Source: Squalus acanthias (taxonomy: Eukaryota). Taken from it: a DNA stretch of 64,000 bases. The notes under the pieces are model-generated. The model ran no database searches. It saw nothing but the letters and a program-made list of their open reading frames with translations, and was not told where the DNA came from. The stretch is taken from NCBI GenBank assembly GCA_030390025.1, contig CM059437.1, positions 53,258,001 through 53,322,000 of the forward strand, written 5' to 3'. Both the position numbers and the translations under genes were made by a program. Shown here piece by piece: positions 1-12,565 of the stretch; position 1 is the stretch's first letter, and the number at the start of each line of letters is the position of its first letter.

Positions 1-152
1 TGATAGACTTCAAAGTCACAGACAGATTTGAGTTGCAGAGTATTCTTTGCTTTGGAAAGTGGATGGCCAGGTGTGTGGTAAGGACAGATAATGCAGAATA
101 GTAAGTAGTCCACTGGAGTTACAGCAGAACATACAAAATAAATGTTAGAAGG

Positions 153-1862
153 TGTAAGAAAGGGGGTAATCTTTATTTCTTAGTCTCCATACTAACTAAC
201 TGGACTAAATGAAATAAGTATTATTAGTTATAATCTTAAGTTTGTATTGTTTTTATTATGTAACTGATATGCAATGCACAATGATGCTTGAATAATCATG
301 CTTTCAAAACTCGTGTAATATGCCCTGGGTAGAAGCAGTTAGATTTTAAAATAGTGTTGGGCCTCTTGACTAACATTCTTGACCAACATTTTAAAAGTGC
401 TTCTCAGCAAACTTATTGTTTAAAAAACAGACAGTTTGTCTGTGGGAACAGGACTAACAAGGTCATATGTGGCTGCCACTGTGTGGAATGTTATGATATC
501 TTCAGTGAATTAAAAACATAGGCCAACAGCAAGGAAGCCATATCTCTACACATGGAGACATGTTCCGGTTGTGTTGCCATAACTACCCCAGATAGGGTGT
601 CATGAGATGAGGACCTGACGGGGCAGGTGGGATCATTAGGTACGTGGCATCCCTGTAATTGGACGGGGGGTTCAGGTGCAAGTCAATCATTAGGTTAACT
701 GGTTCCCATAGGCTTTGCTGGGAAGAAGAATAAGAAGGGGTCTCTCAAACACTTACGTTGTAAAGGAAATCGGCAAGAGGCTTGGGAACATCCACCAGAC
801 GAGCAGAGGAGGGTTTCGGGTTGGCGGAGGACCCATATGTGTCACACCGGGCGGTCGAGCAAGCCCAGAGGTCAGGTCCGACGGGGGTTGACCCGTGGAG
901 ATCGTGTATCTCCCCAGGGCCCAACGGGTAATATAAACCTAGATTGTGTGTTGTTTAACTACTGCTCAGTTGCTGTAATGTATCAAGTCTGACTTTCACT
1001 GAATAAAATTTAATGGGCCAGAAATTCGGCTCTCCGGCTTCCCGCGGGTGCAAGGATCGCACGCGTACTTACCTACCGTGCCTGCCGTTGTGCTTCGGAC
1101 CTGCGTGGACTTCAAGTCCTGGGCCTCCTGCAGCTGCCGGCGTGCAGTGCTTGCGTATCCCAGTGGTGCAGTTAGTTCGAAGCATTCCCTGGGATCACGT
1201 GGGCCATGGAGAGCCAATCGGAGCAGGGAATCTCCATTCATAGATTTTGACAGGAAGACCTGCCAAATCTATGAATCGAGATCACCCCCCAAAACCTAAC
1301 TAAAACTTCAAATAATTTTTTTAAAAATTACATTTTTAAAATAACTATAAATTACATAAATTAACTACTTTAAACAAAAATTTAAATTTTTGAAAAAATT
1401 AATTACACTTTTTAACGGTGCTAAAAATAAACTTACCTTTCTTTAAAATATGTAACAAAGATAAACCTGTTGAAAAAATGTTTAAATTATACTTAATTCA
1501 CCACTTACCTTGTTAAAAGCAGGCCTTGTGCCTCCTTTTTTCCTGCGCAGCTTCTCGGTACGTACCCCCACCGAGAGTCCTGAAAAAAAAACCGAAGTTC
1601 GCTGTGTGCGCTGCCTCTCAGGCGCACGCAGTTGACCCTGGAACCCCTTCTTTCACGAGACCGGAAGTTCCGGTTTCCCGTGCATGCGCAGTGCATGCGC
1701 GAAACCGGCACTTCCGGTGGCCGTACGGGTGAGTACATAGCGCGTACTCACCCGTGGAGACCGGAATTTCTGCCCCATTTACTCTCAGCAATTTTGGTCA
1801 AGTCAAATCTTTCAGAACTTAGGAGTGAAAGGGTTAATTTGCATGGACCCAGAAACTCAACA
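153..1862 (+). repeat. 5' LTR (split by a MITE at 1015-1776)
   Basis: Starts TGTAAG, ends CAACA. Colinear with 5602-6579 apart from substitutions, a ~32-bp deletion near 593 and the MITE. Confidence 0.9.
1015..1776. mobile_element. ~760-bp MITE (non-autonomous DNA transposon, probably PIF/Harbinger-related)
   Basis: TIRs GGGCCAGAAATTCGG / CCGGAATTTCTGCCCC, flanks AAT/ATT. Absent from the equivalent position of the 3' LTR. Homologous to 36923-37687. Confidence 0.85.
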
Positions 1863-2026
1863 AATTGGCAGGATGACTTGACAGATAGTAATTAATAAAC
1901 ATTTTGTTCAGTGGAACTGGGGTCCTGAGATCTGTGGCCCGGCCAGGCTATTGATCCAGGAAGGAAAACCTCTGGGGGTTGTAGGACTAATCTCCTACCA
2001 GTAGTTGAGCGATCGGTTTGCTAAGC

Positions 2027-2314
2027 ATGGCTAGCCTGACAGCTGTAGAGCGTGCCAGGGACAGGGAACATGGGGAGCTGTTCCCTACCACTGACTTCCT
2101 CGCGACTACAGAAGGCGACTCCTGCCGAAACGTGGTTGCTTGGGTCCAGAGTCAAACTAACGAGGACTAGTTCAAATTGGACAAAGGGAAGCGTATGTTG
2201 GCTTATGCAACCCACCTCTGCACGCAACGTGGAGACAAAAAAGATGAACAGGTGAGAGAGGAGAAGCATAAAGGGCAGGAGCGACAGTGGGAGCTAGAGA
2301 GGGAAAAGATCTAA
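2027..2314 (+). pseudogene. Possible gag N-terminal remnant
   Basis: Good-context ATG (AGCATGG) about 160 bp after the PBS opens MASLTAVERARDREHGELF..., with one in-frame TAG, ending in a charged coiled-coil-like REEKHKGQERQWELEREKI. The gag call rests on position only. Confidence 0.35.
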
Positions 2315-4566
2315 GCTGCATGCTAACCCGTCTGAGAACTCAGCAAAGGAAGGGAAAAAATAGGGAATTAGGGACTAAGTTGCTGAGACAACAATTTAAA
2401 AGGCGAAAAAAAGAAACTTAAAGTCGAAACTGACACTGAAGCTGCCAGCTTCTCTGCCGAGAAAAATAAAACACAAGATTACTGAATGAAAGGAACCTTA
2501 AAGGATGCTGGAATTTCAGTTAGTGCGAAAGTGTGTGTTGAAGTGTGGAAGTTTTCCTGACTATGAATGTTTAAGAAGTCACAGTATTTCTTTTGTCTGA
2601 AAGTCTGTCTTTTAAAAAAAGTGTCTTTTGTGTTTGTTTTACCTCCACCCACTTTTCTGTGCATAGAACTAAAAGCCATTTAACCCTTTGTAATCTTGTC
2701 GTGGATGTTGGGAGTTTTAATAAAGTGTGAATATGTTGAGTATGTTAATTTCAATTTAAGATAGTGCATCTAGAAGTGGGAAAACTTTGTGATTTACATT
2801 TTAAATTAAAGACACTGCTGTGGATATATTTTGACTGGGGAGCTTGTACAACTCTGAAAGCTAGGCAAGAGTTTGTTTTACAAAAGATAGGCTTCAGCCT
2901 TGAAGTTACGGTTGCTATGGTTCCTGATACTTCGTTTGAAAATTACAAAGCGCTTTGATTTGATTGGTTTAAATGTGAAAACTATTTTTTTCCAGTTATA
3001 TTCAGTTTTTTTACTCATTTGGAAAAACGCCTGAAGGTAAAGATGACGTAATTTACTGGTTTGTTGTAGTCCCATGTTTTTCTTCTTGTTTTGTTTTATC
3101 CGTTCTGTATTGTGTTTAGTTAATAAAATATTGGTCTGAATTAAATTTGAATTATTGAAGTTAGCTATTAAATTGTGAAAACCCGACTTACATTGTGGCC
3201 ACAGTGAAATTCTGGTTATTATTTTAAGTTATGTGACGGTTTCTCGTTCTGGGTGTGAGACTTTCACATTGGCAGTTTTGAATTTCTTCAATGTTTCATG
3301 ATTTGAATTGGAATTTTGAGACATTTAAGGTGCTTCTGCCTGTTAAACATTTTAGTTGTACTGGAAAATCTTGGGGTTGGAAACCTCTTGAAAAAAAATC
3401 TAAAAAATGTAGAAACAATTGAAGTTTAATCTAAAATTGAACATTGACAAAACCTGTCAGTCCAACAAACTGCATTGATAAAATGGACTCCGGCATAATA
3501 TCGGGTTATTTTGGGAAATAAAAAGGTCCTCTAAAATAAAGAATAAAAAACCCATAACTGGGACCAAGTGGGAATGTTTAATCTATGTTTCCTATCTTTA
3601 ATATTGTATTTGGACAATAAAGTTCCTCCAAGGCTCATGAATGAGATAGAATGGTAATTAATGGGATGTATAAAATGGAGTGAGAGGAAATGATTGAGGA
3701 TGTAAGATAGAAACAGGCGAATTAAACCACCAAATTGAATTTTCCTAACATTCTAATGAAAGTCAGGAAAGTGTAGTTAAGAATAGTAAATTGATAGCTT
3801 TCTGTTGGAGACATTTGTGTACTTGCCTATGAAATTGTAAAAAAAAAGCTGCATTTGATAGCCTGGCCACTACATGAGACAGCGGGACCGTGCAGTGGGA
3901 CATGACCAAAGGTCTCTAGACACTCCAAAATAATATCACCCGAAAGCCCAAGAATGGCTTGGAACAGATGTCACGTGTGGCATGATATTGGTGTGTGTGC
4001 CAATGTAAATGCGTTACGTGTGGAGTAACTAGCGTGCGGGAATGCATGATGAATTTGCACTGAAGAACGGGTTTCAGACATGCTCAGTTACTTGACAACA
4101 GCACGACATGAAATGGTTTATGTGGCTCAGGAGAGTGAGATTACTTTTTAAATCATCACGGGATTGACACATACTCTGAAGAGAAACCGACTTTGAAACA
4201 ATCAGGATAGAGTTAAACACACTGGTACCTGTCAGAGGGATTGAAATTGAAGTTGAAGTGGAGAGGGACATAGAATTTGGATTGGGACAATTGAGGGCTA
4301 GGGAGAAATAAATTTAGCAAGAATTATCCACAAGATGGATACGAGTAAAGAGAGATCTGGAGAATCTTTTCAGTCCATGATTTGTTGATCGGATGTTAAA
4401 CTGTAGCTTTCTTTACAATGACTGTATTCTTTGTCTGCATCGTTGTCGCTTGAAATGTATGTACTTAGTCGACGTGCTAATAATTGTAAGATTGAATTAT
4501 AACTTTGACTGTAATAATTTTGCTTTGTAGGCAACAGAGTGTTGAAAAAGCCAGTACGAATCCAGT

Positions 4567-5364
4567 ATGAGGTGGTTTTGGTGGTGCCTCCTGTGTGAAG
4601 CAAGGGGACCGTCAGGTACACTGACTAACGCGAGTAAGGTGACACAGTGGGATTGGGAACCGAGTGTGGTGGGAGATGGAATGAGTATGAAGGAGGAGAT
4701 AGGTGCCTACTCGATCTCTAGTCTGAACACCAGCGAGGGATTGTTCCTTAGAATGTACAATGTTACCCGGACTGTGGTGACGACATACTTGATTGAGGAA
4801 GGAACGGGCGTGTGTGTAAAATGATCAAGGAAAAGGACCCTACTGTGTCACTACCACCGCAACTATTATGTTGTATGGGACTAACAGGATCTGTCCCATT
4901 AATTGTCCCAGTTTATGCTTCACACCGCATCTACCGACAACCATCAACCAACACGTTTTACTCAATATCAATACCTCTACCCAAATGAAACTAACAGTAA
5001 ATGAAATACTCAAGTGTGGACTTCACTACTATGTGGCACGATTCGGGTACAATATTCCCCTGTTGTTTGAGGACTTTAGTGAACTCGTGATGTGGTTGAA
5101 CTCCTCCCTAAAGTATGTTTACGTGCTGGAGCAAGACAACTCAAGACTAGATGTTGAAATTGAAAGCATAGGGGATGATTCGCACTGGTGTGATATTGGG
5201 CACACCCTTGGGTTCGTATTATTTCTCGCACTCTGGTAGTTCTCCAACTTGTAATGACAGTATATTTGATATATGTAACCCGTGTAGTAAGAAATATGTT
5301 AAAAGGGCTTCAGCACCGTACTGGACAGCAGGAAGTGGCTCAACTCTGGAAGGAAATTAAGTGA
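4567..5364 (+). pseudogene. Frameshifted env-like type I membrane glycoprotein remnant
   Basis: Splice acceptor TTTTGCTTTGTAG ending 4530, signal-peptide-like MRWFWWCLLCEARG, several N-x-S/T sequons and Cys. After a frameshift it reads HPWVRIISRTLVVLQLVMTVYLIYV (TM-like) plus a basic tail. Lies just upstream of the 3' LTR. Confidence 0.5.
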
Positions 5365-5601
5365 AGGAAGAACCTTTTACTTTGATACATAAGCCAAATG
5401 TGTATCTATAATCATGACTAATTGTACTAACAAATTAATGACGGAAAAAAGTCTGAAGCAATGTAGAGGAGACCCCAGGGGTAAGATCAGGAAGAAATGA
5501 GGAACAGGGGATATCCCATGTGGGGCAGAACTGGAACCGGAACAGTGAATTGAATCTGTGTGAGGGGTCGGAGGTTGCTCCTCTCCCTCAAAGGAGTGGA
5601 C

Positions 5602-6579
5602 TATAATAAAGGGGGAAATCTTCATTTCTGAATCTCCCTACTAACTAACTGGACTAAATGAAATAAGTATTATTAGTTATAATCTTAAGTTCGTATTGTT
5701 TTTATTATGTAACTGATACGCAATGCACAATGATGCTTGAATAATCATGCTTTTAAAACTAGTGTAATATGGCCTGGGTAGAAGCAGTAAGATTTTAAAA
5801 TAGTGTTGGGCCCTCTTGACTAACATGCTTGACCAACATTTTAAAAGTGCTTCTCAGCAAATTTATGAATAAAAACTGACAGCTTGTCTGTGGGAACAGG
5901 ACTAGCAAGCTCATACGTAGCTGCCACTGTGTGGAATGTTATGATATCTTCAGTGAACTAAAAACATAGGCCAACAGCAAGGAAGTCATATCTCGACACA
6001 TGGAGACATGTTCCGGTTGTGTTGCCATAACTACCCCAGATATGAGTCTTGATGGTCAAAAACAGATGATGTCAGGGTGTCATAAAATGAGGACCTGACG
6101 AGGCAGGCGGGATCATCAGGTACGTGGCATCCCTATAATTGGACGGGGGGTTTCAGGAGCAAGTGAATGATTGGGTCAACTGGTCCCCATAGGCTTTGCT
6201 GGGAAGAAGTATAAGAAGGGGTCTCTCAAACACTTAGGTGATAGAGGCATTCGGCAAGAAGCTTGGGAACATCCACCAGACGAGCCGAGGAGGGTTTCGG
6301 GTTGACGGAGGAGCCACACACATCACACCAGGCGGACGAGCAAGCCCAGAGGCCAGGTCTGACGGGGGTTGACCCGTGCAGATCGCGTCTTCTACCCAGG
6401 GCCCAACGGGTGATATAAACCTTGATTGTGCCTTGTTTAACTACTGCTCAGATGCTGTAATGTATCAAATCTCACTTACACCGAATAAAATATAATTACT
6501 GTCACCAATACGGGTCAAGTCGAATCTTTCGGAACTTAGGAGTGAAAGAGTTAATTGGCACAGACCCAGAAACTCAACA
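5602..6579 (+). repeat. 3' LTR
   Basis: Direct repeat of 153-1862, preceded by a polypurine tract and followed by the AAGG TSD. Confidence 0.9.
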
Positions 6580-6889
6580 AAGGGTTATTTAAGGAGACAG
6601 GACGGTAACCATTGAAAGTCATCCATGTAGGGGCAAACAACATAGGTAGAAATAATATAATGGTCTTAAAAGCCACAGACATGAGGATCACATGAAAGCT
6701 CATTGATAGCAAAAGCAACACAATGTTCTCTGGTAGACTTCTGGCGTTTGACAAAGCATTTCAGCTCACCAACAAAAATGAGGATGTAAGTAAGCGACTG
6801 GCAATTTGGTGCTTAAACCTAATGGTACCTTCATAACTAAATCAGAACGTTTCTAGAAATGTTTGTAAGTGTCTTCAGCGAAAGCTCAC

Positions 6890-9070
6890 GAATGGATTGT
6901 CCTACTTGGCCTGGACCTGAGAACCCCACTATCATAGATACCAGTGTTCACCTAAATCGATTCACTCGATGTGAGATTAAGAAGTGGCTAACTGTACTAG
7001 ACACAGCGAAGACTATAGGCCCTGATAACATCACAGTTGTAATGCTGAAGACCTATGTACCAGAACTAGTGGCTACTCTAGGCAAGCTCCTCCAGTATGA
7101 ATAATGATATTTTCAAAGATGGTCGAGGTATGCTCTAATCGGAAAAAAAACAGAATAAATCTAACACAGCCTATTTACTGCCCTATCAACTGCCTCCCAA
7201 TCATCAGTAAAGTTTTGCAACGAGCAATTAATACTTCCATCAACCAACAACTATTCAACAATATCTGGCTCACCATGCTCAGTTTAGGTTCTACCAGAAC
7301 CACTCAGTTCAAGACTCCATCACAGCCTTGTTGTAGAAACAGCTGAATAGAAAAGGAGATGTAAAAAAAAGCTGCCCTTGACATCAAGGCATTATTGCAC
7401 CAAGTATAACAGCAAAGAGCCCTAGCAAAATCTAAATCAAGGGCTTCAAAGGGAAAAATCTTTTGTACCCAGAGTCATACCTTATGCAAAGGAAGGTGTT
7501 TGTAGTTGTTAGAGACCAGTCATCACAGCCCCAGAACATCACTGCAGGACCTCTGTAGGCTTCGCAAAATCCCCCAGAAACTCGAACAGAGCCCTAAAGG
7601 GAGTGATTTTTGGACTTTTCATACAAACTTGGGATGATGGGGCCTAAGTGAAGTGATTTGATGAAAAAACCTAAAGATCAGGGAAGAAAAAAACCTGAGG
7701 AAACTGACTTTTTGAATCTTACTGTTGGGGGAGACACCTTTCACAGACACAAGCTGCGAGGGGCGTGGCCAGGCAGTGAACAGATCAAGCTGTCAGGGAA
7801 TTGTTTACACTGCAAATCCTACCAAGGTGCAAGAGACAAAGCAAAAACTCACAAACACATTCAAATATGAATCCCCAGGGGCAAACAAGATGCTGGAAAT
7901 CTAAAAACGATTCAATGACAATAAAACTTCGATCACACAGTTTCATAGCCATTATCCCATCAAAAAAACCAATCAACCAGGTATCCACAGAACAGATTTA
8001 AAAGCCCGCCAACAGACCTAGGACAATAGAGTGGAGATTTGGCGCATAGATAAGGCTGTGTTTAAATCGGAAAACGATCAAGACATGTTTAACACTGAGC
8101 AAAAGCCATAGGAACTGGCAAGCCCGCCAAAACTAGACAATTGGACTAAGCAAGGTTCATTTGCAACCAAAAGGAATCCGTTTTAGTAAGGGTTTTTTGG
8201 GTGCAAAAAAGAAACAGTATAATTTGAAAGCCTGTGCCATAATCTTTCTCTCTTTCGGACTGGCTGACCACGCGGACACAGCTCTCTCCCTGCTCCAGCA
8301 AAACCGACCACAAGCCACGAGGAAGAAGGCCAGAAAACAGACCAGCACGCAAGAAGACACCAGAGCGACTGCCTCAGTGACCATTGGACACCTCGCAGCA
8401 ACAAGGGCCTTACGGAGTCTTTTAAACAAAAGACTCTAAAAATCCTGTCAAGGATTCGTTGGTGAGCATTATCCCTGATCTCCTGAAACCAAAAACCTAG
8501 CCAGATAGTGGGATCTTTGGAAGGGATAAGGTTTTGTTTGATATATTGTCATTTCCCTCGCTTGTACCGTGTGCTCCCCATCTGTGTTTTAAGTAATAAG
8601 TGTGTTTCAAGTTTGTTACCTTTTTCTTTTAATAAAGTAAAATTCTTTCATCAGAACCTGTCGTTTACTGCAATTTTGTTCACAACCCCTAAATAAGTCC
8701 AAATTCTAGGAACCGGAGGGGTGTGGGAGCGATTAAGATACCCCTTACAACCTCCTCAAGGAAGCATCTTCAGCCCACCCATTTTCAGTTACTTCGTCAA
8801 TGGCCTTCCCACCTTCATAAGGTCAGGATGGTGACTGTTCGCTGATGATTCCACAGTGTTCAGCTCCATCAGGATTCCAATAACGAAGGAGTCCACACTA
8901 GCCTGCATCAGGACTTGGATAACATTCAGACTTGGGCTGACTTGGAAATTACCATTTACACCATATAATGCCAGGTAATGACCATTTGGAACAAGAGAAA
9001 GCCCAGCCCTGTTCCCTTGACTTTCAAGGACATCATCATCGCCGAGTCCCCCACCATCAACGTCTTGGGG
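6890..9070 (+). mobile_element. Decayed L2/CR1-clade LINE RT fragment, interrupted by a solo LTR
   Basis: Remnant RT motifs (LDTAKTIGPDNI, YCPINCLPIISKV, FADD-like at ~8840). The GVPQG-like motif is split at 7553/8755. Confidence 0.75.
7554..8749 (+). mobile_element. Solo LTR (~1.2 kb)
   Basis: Termini TGTAGG...CCTTACA, perfect 5-bp TSD ACCTC (7549-7553, 8750-8754), AATAAA at 8631. Confidence 0.85.
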
Positions 9071-9074
9071 TTAC

Positions 9075-9240
9075 TTAAGGCATTTGGCAAGATTCCACAC
9101 AATTTACAACAACCAGAATTTCATTGTGGCCACAATGAAGGTCGGGTTTTCACAATTTAATAGGTTAGTTAACCTCCATAGTTCCAATTTAATTCAAACC
9201 AATATTTTATTAATTAAAAACACCATAGAAAAAACTGTTT
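9075..9240 (-). mobile_element. Fragment of LTR-element internal sequence
   Basis: Reverse complement matches 3110-3240. Near-identical direct copy at 16815-16960. Confidence 0.7.
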
Positions 9241-10170
9241 AAAACAGATTTTTCCCTTCAGTCCATCCTGAAGTGCAGCGACAGAACTTGTCTCCCGGAT
9301 ACAATTTCCAACTCCATTACAGGCCTCATTAATAGATTATAAAGATATTATACAGATTATACTCGTGGCATCATTATTTAGGAAAACTTGTTCCTTTACT
9401 TCTAATTTTTCAGTAACTGTATCATTTCAATTTAGTGTAAGCGGGTTCTTGCATTCTGTAACAATCAACACAAACAGCACAGGGTTATAATCAGAACAAT
9501 ACTCAAAAAAGCTTAAACAAACATAAAAGCATATTACAATAGACGGACCCAGGTGGTTTCTCGTGCATTTTAAATGACTTCCCACCGTTCGTTTATGCCC
9601 AATTCTTGTATATATCGTCTTAATCTCCAGATTGTTCTATTGCATATGAACCCGATGCTATTGAGAGGCCATGGCCACGAAATTCCCCTTCTTAGTGCCG
9701 GTATTTAAGGCTAGTTTCAGCAGAGAAATAGCTGCCACCTCGCTTCCAGCATGGGCCGTGGCGGTCGCCATTTTGCGCAGGTTGGTAAAGCAGCCGTTAT
9801 CTGCGTTCGGCAGAAGAATGCAAACAAGGCAGATCGTGACGTCAATCAGCGTGCAACGTTAACTTGATGCATGACCTGTTATTTTGGACGTCACCACTCG
9901 GCTGCACACCTTCTCCAAAGCACACACAGCTGAACACCCCCCCCCCCCCCACCCCCCAACACCACCACCACAGGCGATATTTACAAGGATCATCAACAAC
10001 TTTCAGATAACTTGATTTTTGATTTCTACTGGCTCTATGTAAGTTTGTGGAATTGCTTGGAGCTTTCTACAGTTATTTAAAGTTGGTGAGGTAACAGGGA
10101 GTGATGCTGAAAGTGGAGAAGGCCTCCCTTCTGAATTCAAGGGTTCTGCTCAGATCACTTGCTCCCAGTC

Positions 10171-11353
10171 ATGGGGGCTCTAGCTGCAGACGCCCTCGAG
10201 CTACAGCATGACAGGGAGCTGGAGCAGAGGCAGAAAAGATGAGGACAAGCTGCTCGCAGAGGGAGGAGGAGGAGGGGGAGAATGGCTCTCAGCAGGAGGC
10301 CTTGCCCACCTAGGGTCTTCCGAGAGCACTTCTCCTACCTGCACTTAAGCCAGGAGCAGTGTATTCTAAGGCTCCACTTAATCAAGGAGGTGGTCACAGA
10401 AATCTACCACCTCTTGGAACCAGACCTGCAGCCTCAGAGTAGGGTGACGATGGCGCTTCCAGTGGCCCTCAAGGTGACCATGGGCCGAAATTTCTTCACC
10501 ACCGGATCCTTCCAGTCTGAAGCAGGCAACATAGCTAACATCTCCCAGTCTGCAATCCATCGCTGCATCCAGGAGGTCACAGAGGCTCTGTACTCCAGGA
10601 GAAGGGACTTCATTGACTTCTCTCTGAACAGAGAGAAGCAGGAGGAGCGCGCATGTGGCTTTTCCAGGATTTTGGGGATCCCCATTGTGCAGGGCACCAT
10701 CGACTTTGTGGGCGCGGCATGTCAAGCATGAGATGTACCGCTAATGCAAGGGCTACCACTCACTTAATGTGAAGTTGGTGTGCGACCACGCCCAGCACAT
10801 CATGATGGTGAATGCCCAGTATCCTGGCAGCAGTCATGATGCCTTCATCCTGCGCCGGTCCGGTATGCCAGCAATCATCCAGCCACCACGTTAAACCCAA
10901 GGGTGGCTGCTCGGAGGCAAGGGCTATCTGATCTTTATCTGGCCGATGACTCACCTCTAAAACCCCACCACTTGTGGCCAGCAGTCATATAATAACAGCC
11001 CTGATGCCACAAGGGGCCTCATCGAGCAGACCATCGGGGTTCTGAATCAACGGTTCCACTGCCTTGGCAGGTCGGGAGGAGTCCTCCAATACACGCAGGA
11101 GCGGATGTCCCAGTTCATGGTGGTCTGCTGCATCCTCCACAACTAGGCCATCATGAGGGCGCAGCCCTTGCCACCACGGGTTCCATGACCACCTCAGGAG
11201 GAGGAAGAGGAGGAGGGAAAGGAGGAGGAAGAAGAGGAAGAGGAGGTGGAAAAGGAGGTAGAAGAGGAGGAGGATGAAGGAAGGAAGCAGGAAGCAAATC
11301 CTCATTCTGGACGGGCTGTCCGTGAGCGTCTCATCAGACTCTGGTTCCAATGA
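10171..11353 (+). pseudogene. Harbinger DDE transposase pseudogene
   Basis: Motifs ALPVALKVT..FFTTGSFQ, ISQSAIHRCIQEVTEAL, VQGTID, KGYHSLNV, YPGSSHDAFIL, GWLLGGKGY, IEQTIGVLNQRF, VCCILHN and an acidic tail. Several stops and frameshifts. Confidence 0.9.
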
Positions 11354-12132
11354 ATGAAACCCCAGATCCCCGTTACTCAACACTTCACCACATTACCATC
11401 CCTCTGTCATGGAACATCACAGTGTCCTCTTGGGCACAAAGCTGAAATGAAAGCCACCACAAAAAAACATTCCAAACATAATTTATAAATGATTCCGTCC
11501 AATACGACATAACAAAGTCAACTAATCAACCTTGTGCATTCCCTTAGTGTCTGTCTTTCATGTTCCTTTGCATAGTCTAGTGCTCCTAAGCAGTGCTACC
11601 CCAGGGGCTGCAGCATGTCTGGTGGAAGACTGCTGACTTTCCATGGGGGACACTGCAGCTGGCCTTGCAGAACAACCTCAAGTAGCTCTGGGCCTAGAAA
11701 GCCCGGCTGAAGACTGCACCACCTCGACATGAGCGGCAGCAGTCCAGGCTGGTTGGCTGACAGGCAGCAGCAAAGCCACTGGCGGAGTGGCAGTGGTGGG
11801 AGTACGAATGCTATGAGAGGCCAGCAGATTCTTGCTCCACAGAGACACTGCCACTCCCCCGGTACAGCACCTCAGCATTCCTAGCCCTATCAAAGTCGTC
11901 ATCTGAGTCCTGTGCAGCAGAACTCATGTACGAACTCACCCTGGCACCTGAGGTACCTTGACCCCTGGACTGGCTGCAGCCCACTGGTGCCCAGTGACTC
12001 ACCGCATGAACATTCCACCTCTATACTACCCTATCAAGTTTGCGCAGTGCCGTTTTTTGAGCTGGTGCCTGGGAGTGTCAAATTGAGTGATGGTGCCTCT
12101 TCTTCTCCATTCTCCATGTCTCTCCTCCTCTA

Positions 12133-12565
12133 CAACAAAAACAGAAAATGCTGGAAACACTCAGCAGGCCAGGCAGCATCCGTGGAGAGAGAAACAGAGT
12201 TAACATTTCAGGTCTGTAACCCTTCATCAGAACTGGAAAAAGTTAGAAATGTAACAGATTTTAACCAGGTGCAGGGGCAGGGAAAGGGGGGGGGGTGGGG
12301 GAGGAAAGAACAAAAGGGACGGTCGATTATAGGGTGGAAGGCAGGAGAGGTTAAATGTTGCAAATGGGATGGCAGAATCATCAACAGCTGCCGCCTGTAA
12401 AAATAGGGGCAGAGGTTATGGTCTGAAATTGTTGAATTCGATGTTGAGTCCAGAAGGTTGTAAAGTGCCTAATCAAAAGATGAGGTGCTCTTCCTCGAGC
12501 TTACGTTGAGCTTCATTGGAACAGTGTAAGAGGCCGAGAATGGAGAGGTCAGAGTGGGAGTGGAG
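12133..12565 (-). mobile_element. Penelope-like element 3' fragment (GIY-YIG C-terminus plus tail with hammerhead motif)
   Basis: Minus strand encodes HSHSDLSILGLLHCSNEAQRKLEEEHLIF*LGTLQPSGLNIEF. 13-bp TSD CTCTCCTCCTCTA at 12120-12132 and 12566-12578. Confidence 0.85.
12198..12235 (-). ncRNA. Minimal type I hammerhead ribozyme motif (probably decayed)
   Basis: AGTT-CTGATGA-AGGGT(TACAG)ACCT-GAAA-TG-TT-AACT: core boxes, stem II, and stem I AGTT/AACT. The stem III palindrome appears mutated from ACGT to ATGT. Confidence 0.6.

Larger units (their letters stand above)
153..6579 (+). mobile_element. Non-autonomous LTR retroelement / endogenous retrovirus remnant with two LTRs
   Basis: Direct repeats 153-1862 (MITE-interrupted) and 5602-6579, both ending AACTCAACA. 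4-bp TSD AAGG at 149-152 and 6580-6583. TGG PBS-like site at 1866, purine tract AAAGGAGTGGA just before 5602, AATAAA at 1002 and 6484. No pol ORF is recognisable inside. Confidence 0.9.

Noticed and set aside
10282-10731. Domesticated HARBI1 host gene
   Set aside because: Multiple stops and frameshifts, a paired Myb-like gene and TIR-like ends show it is a decayed transposon.
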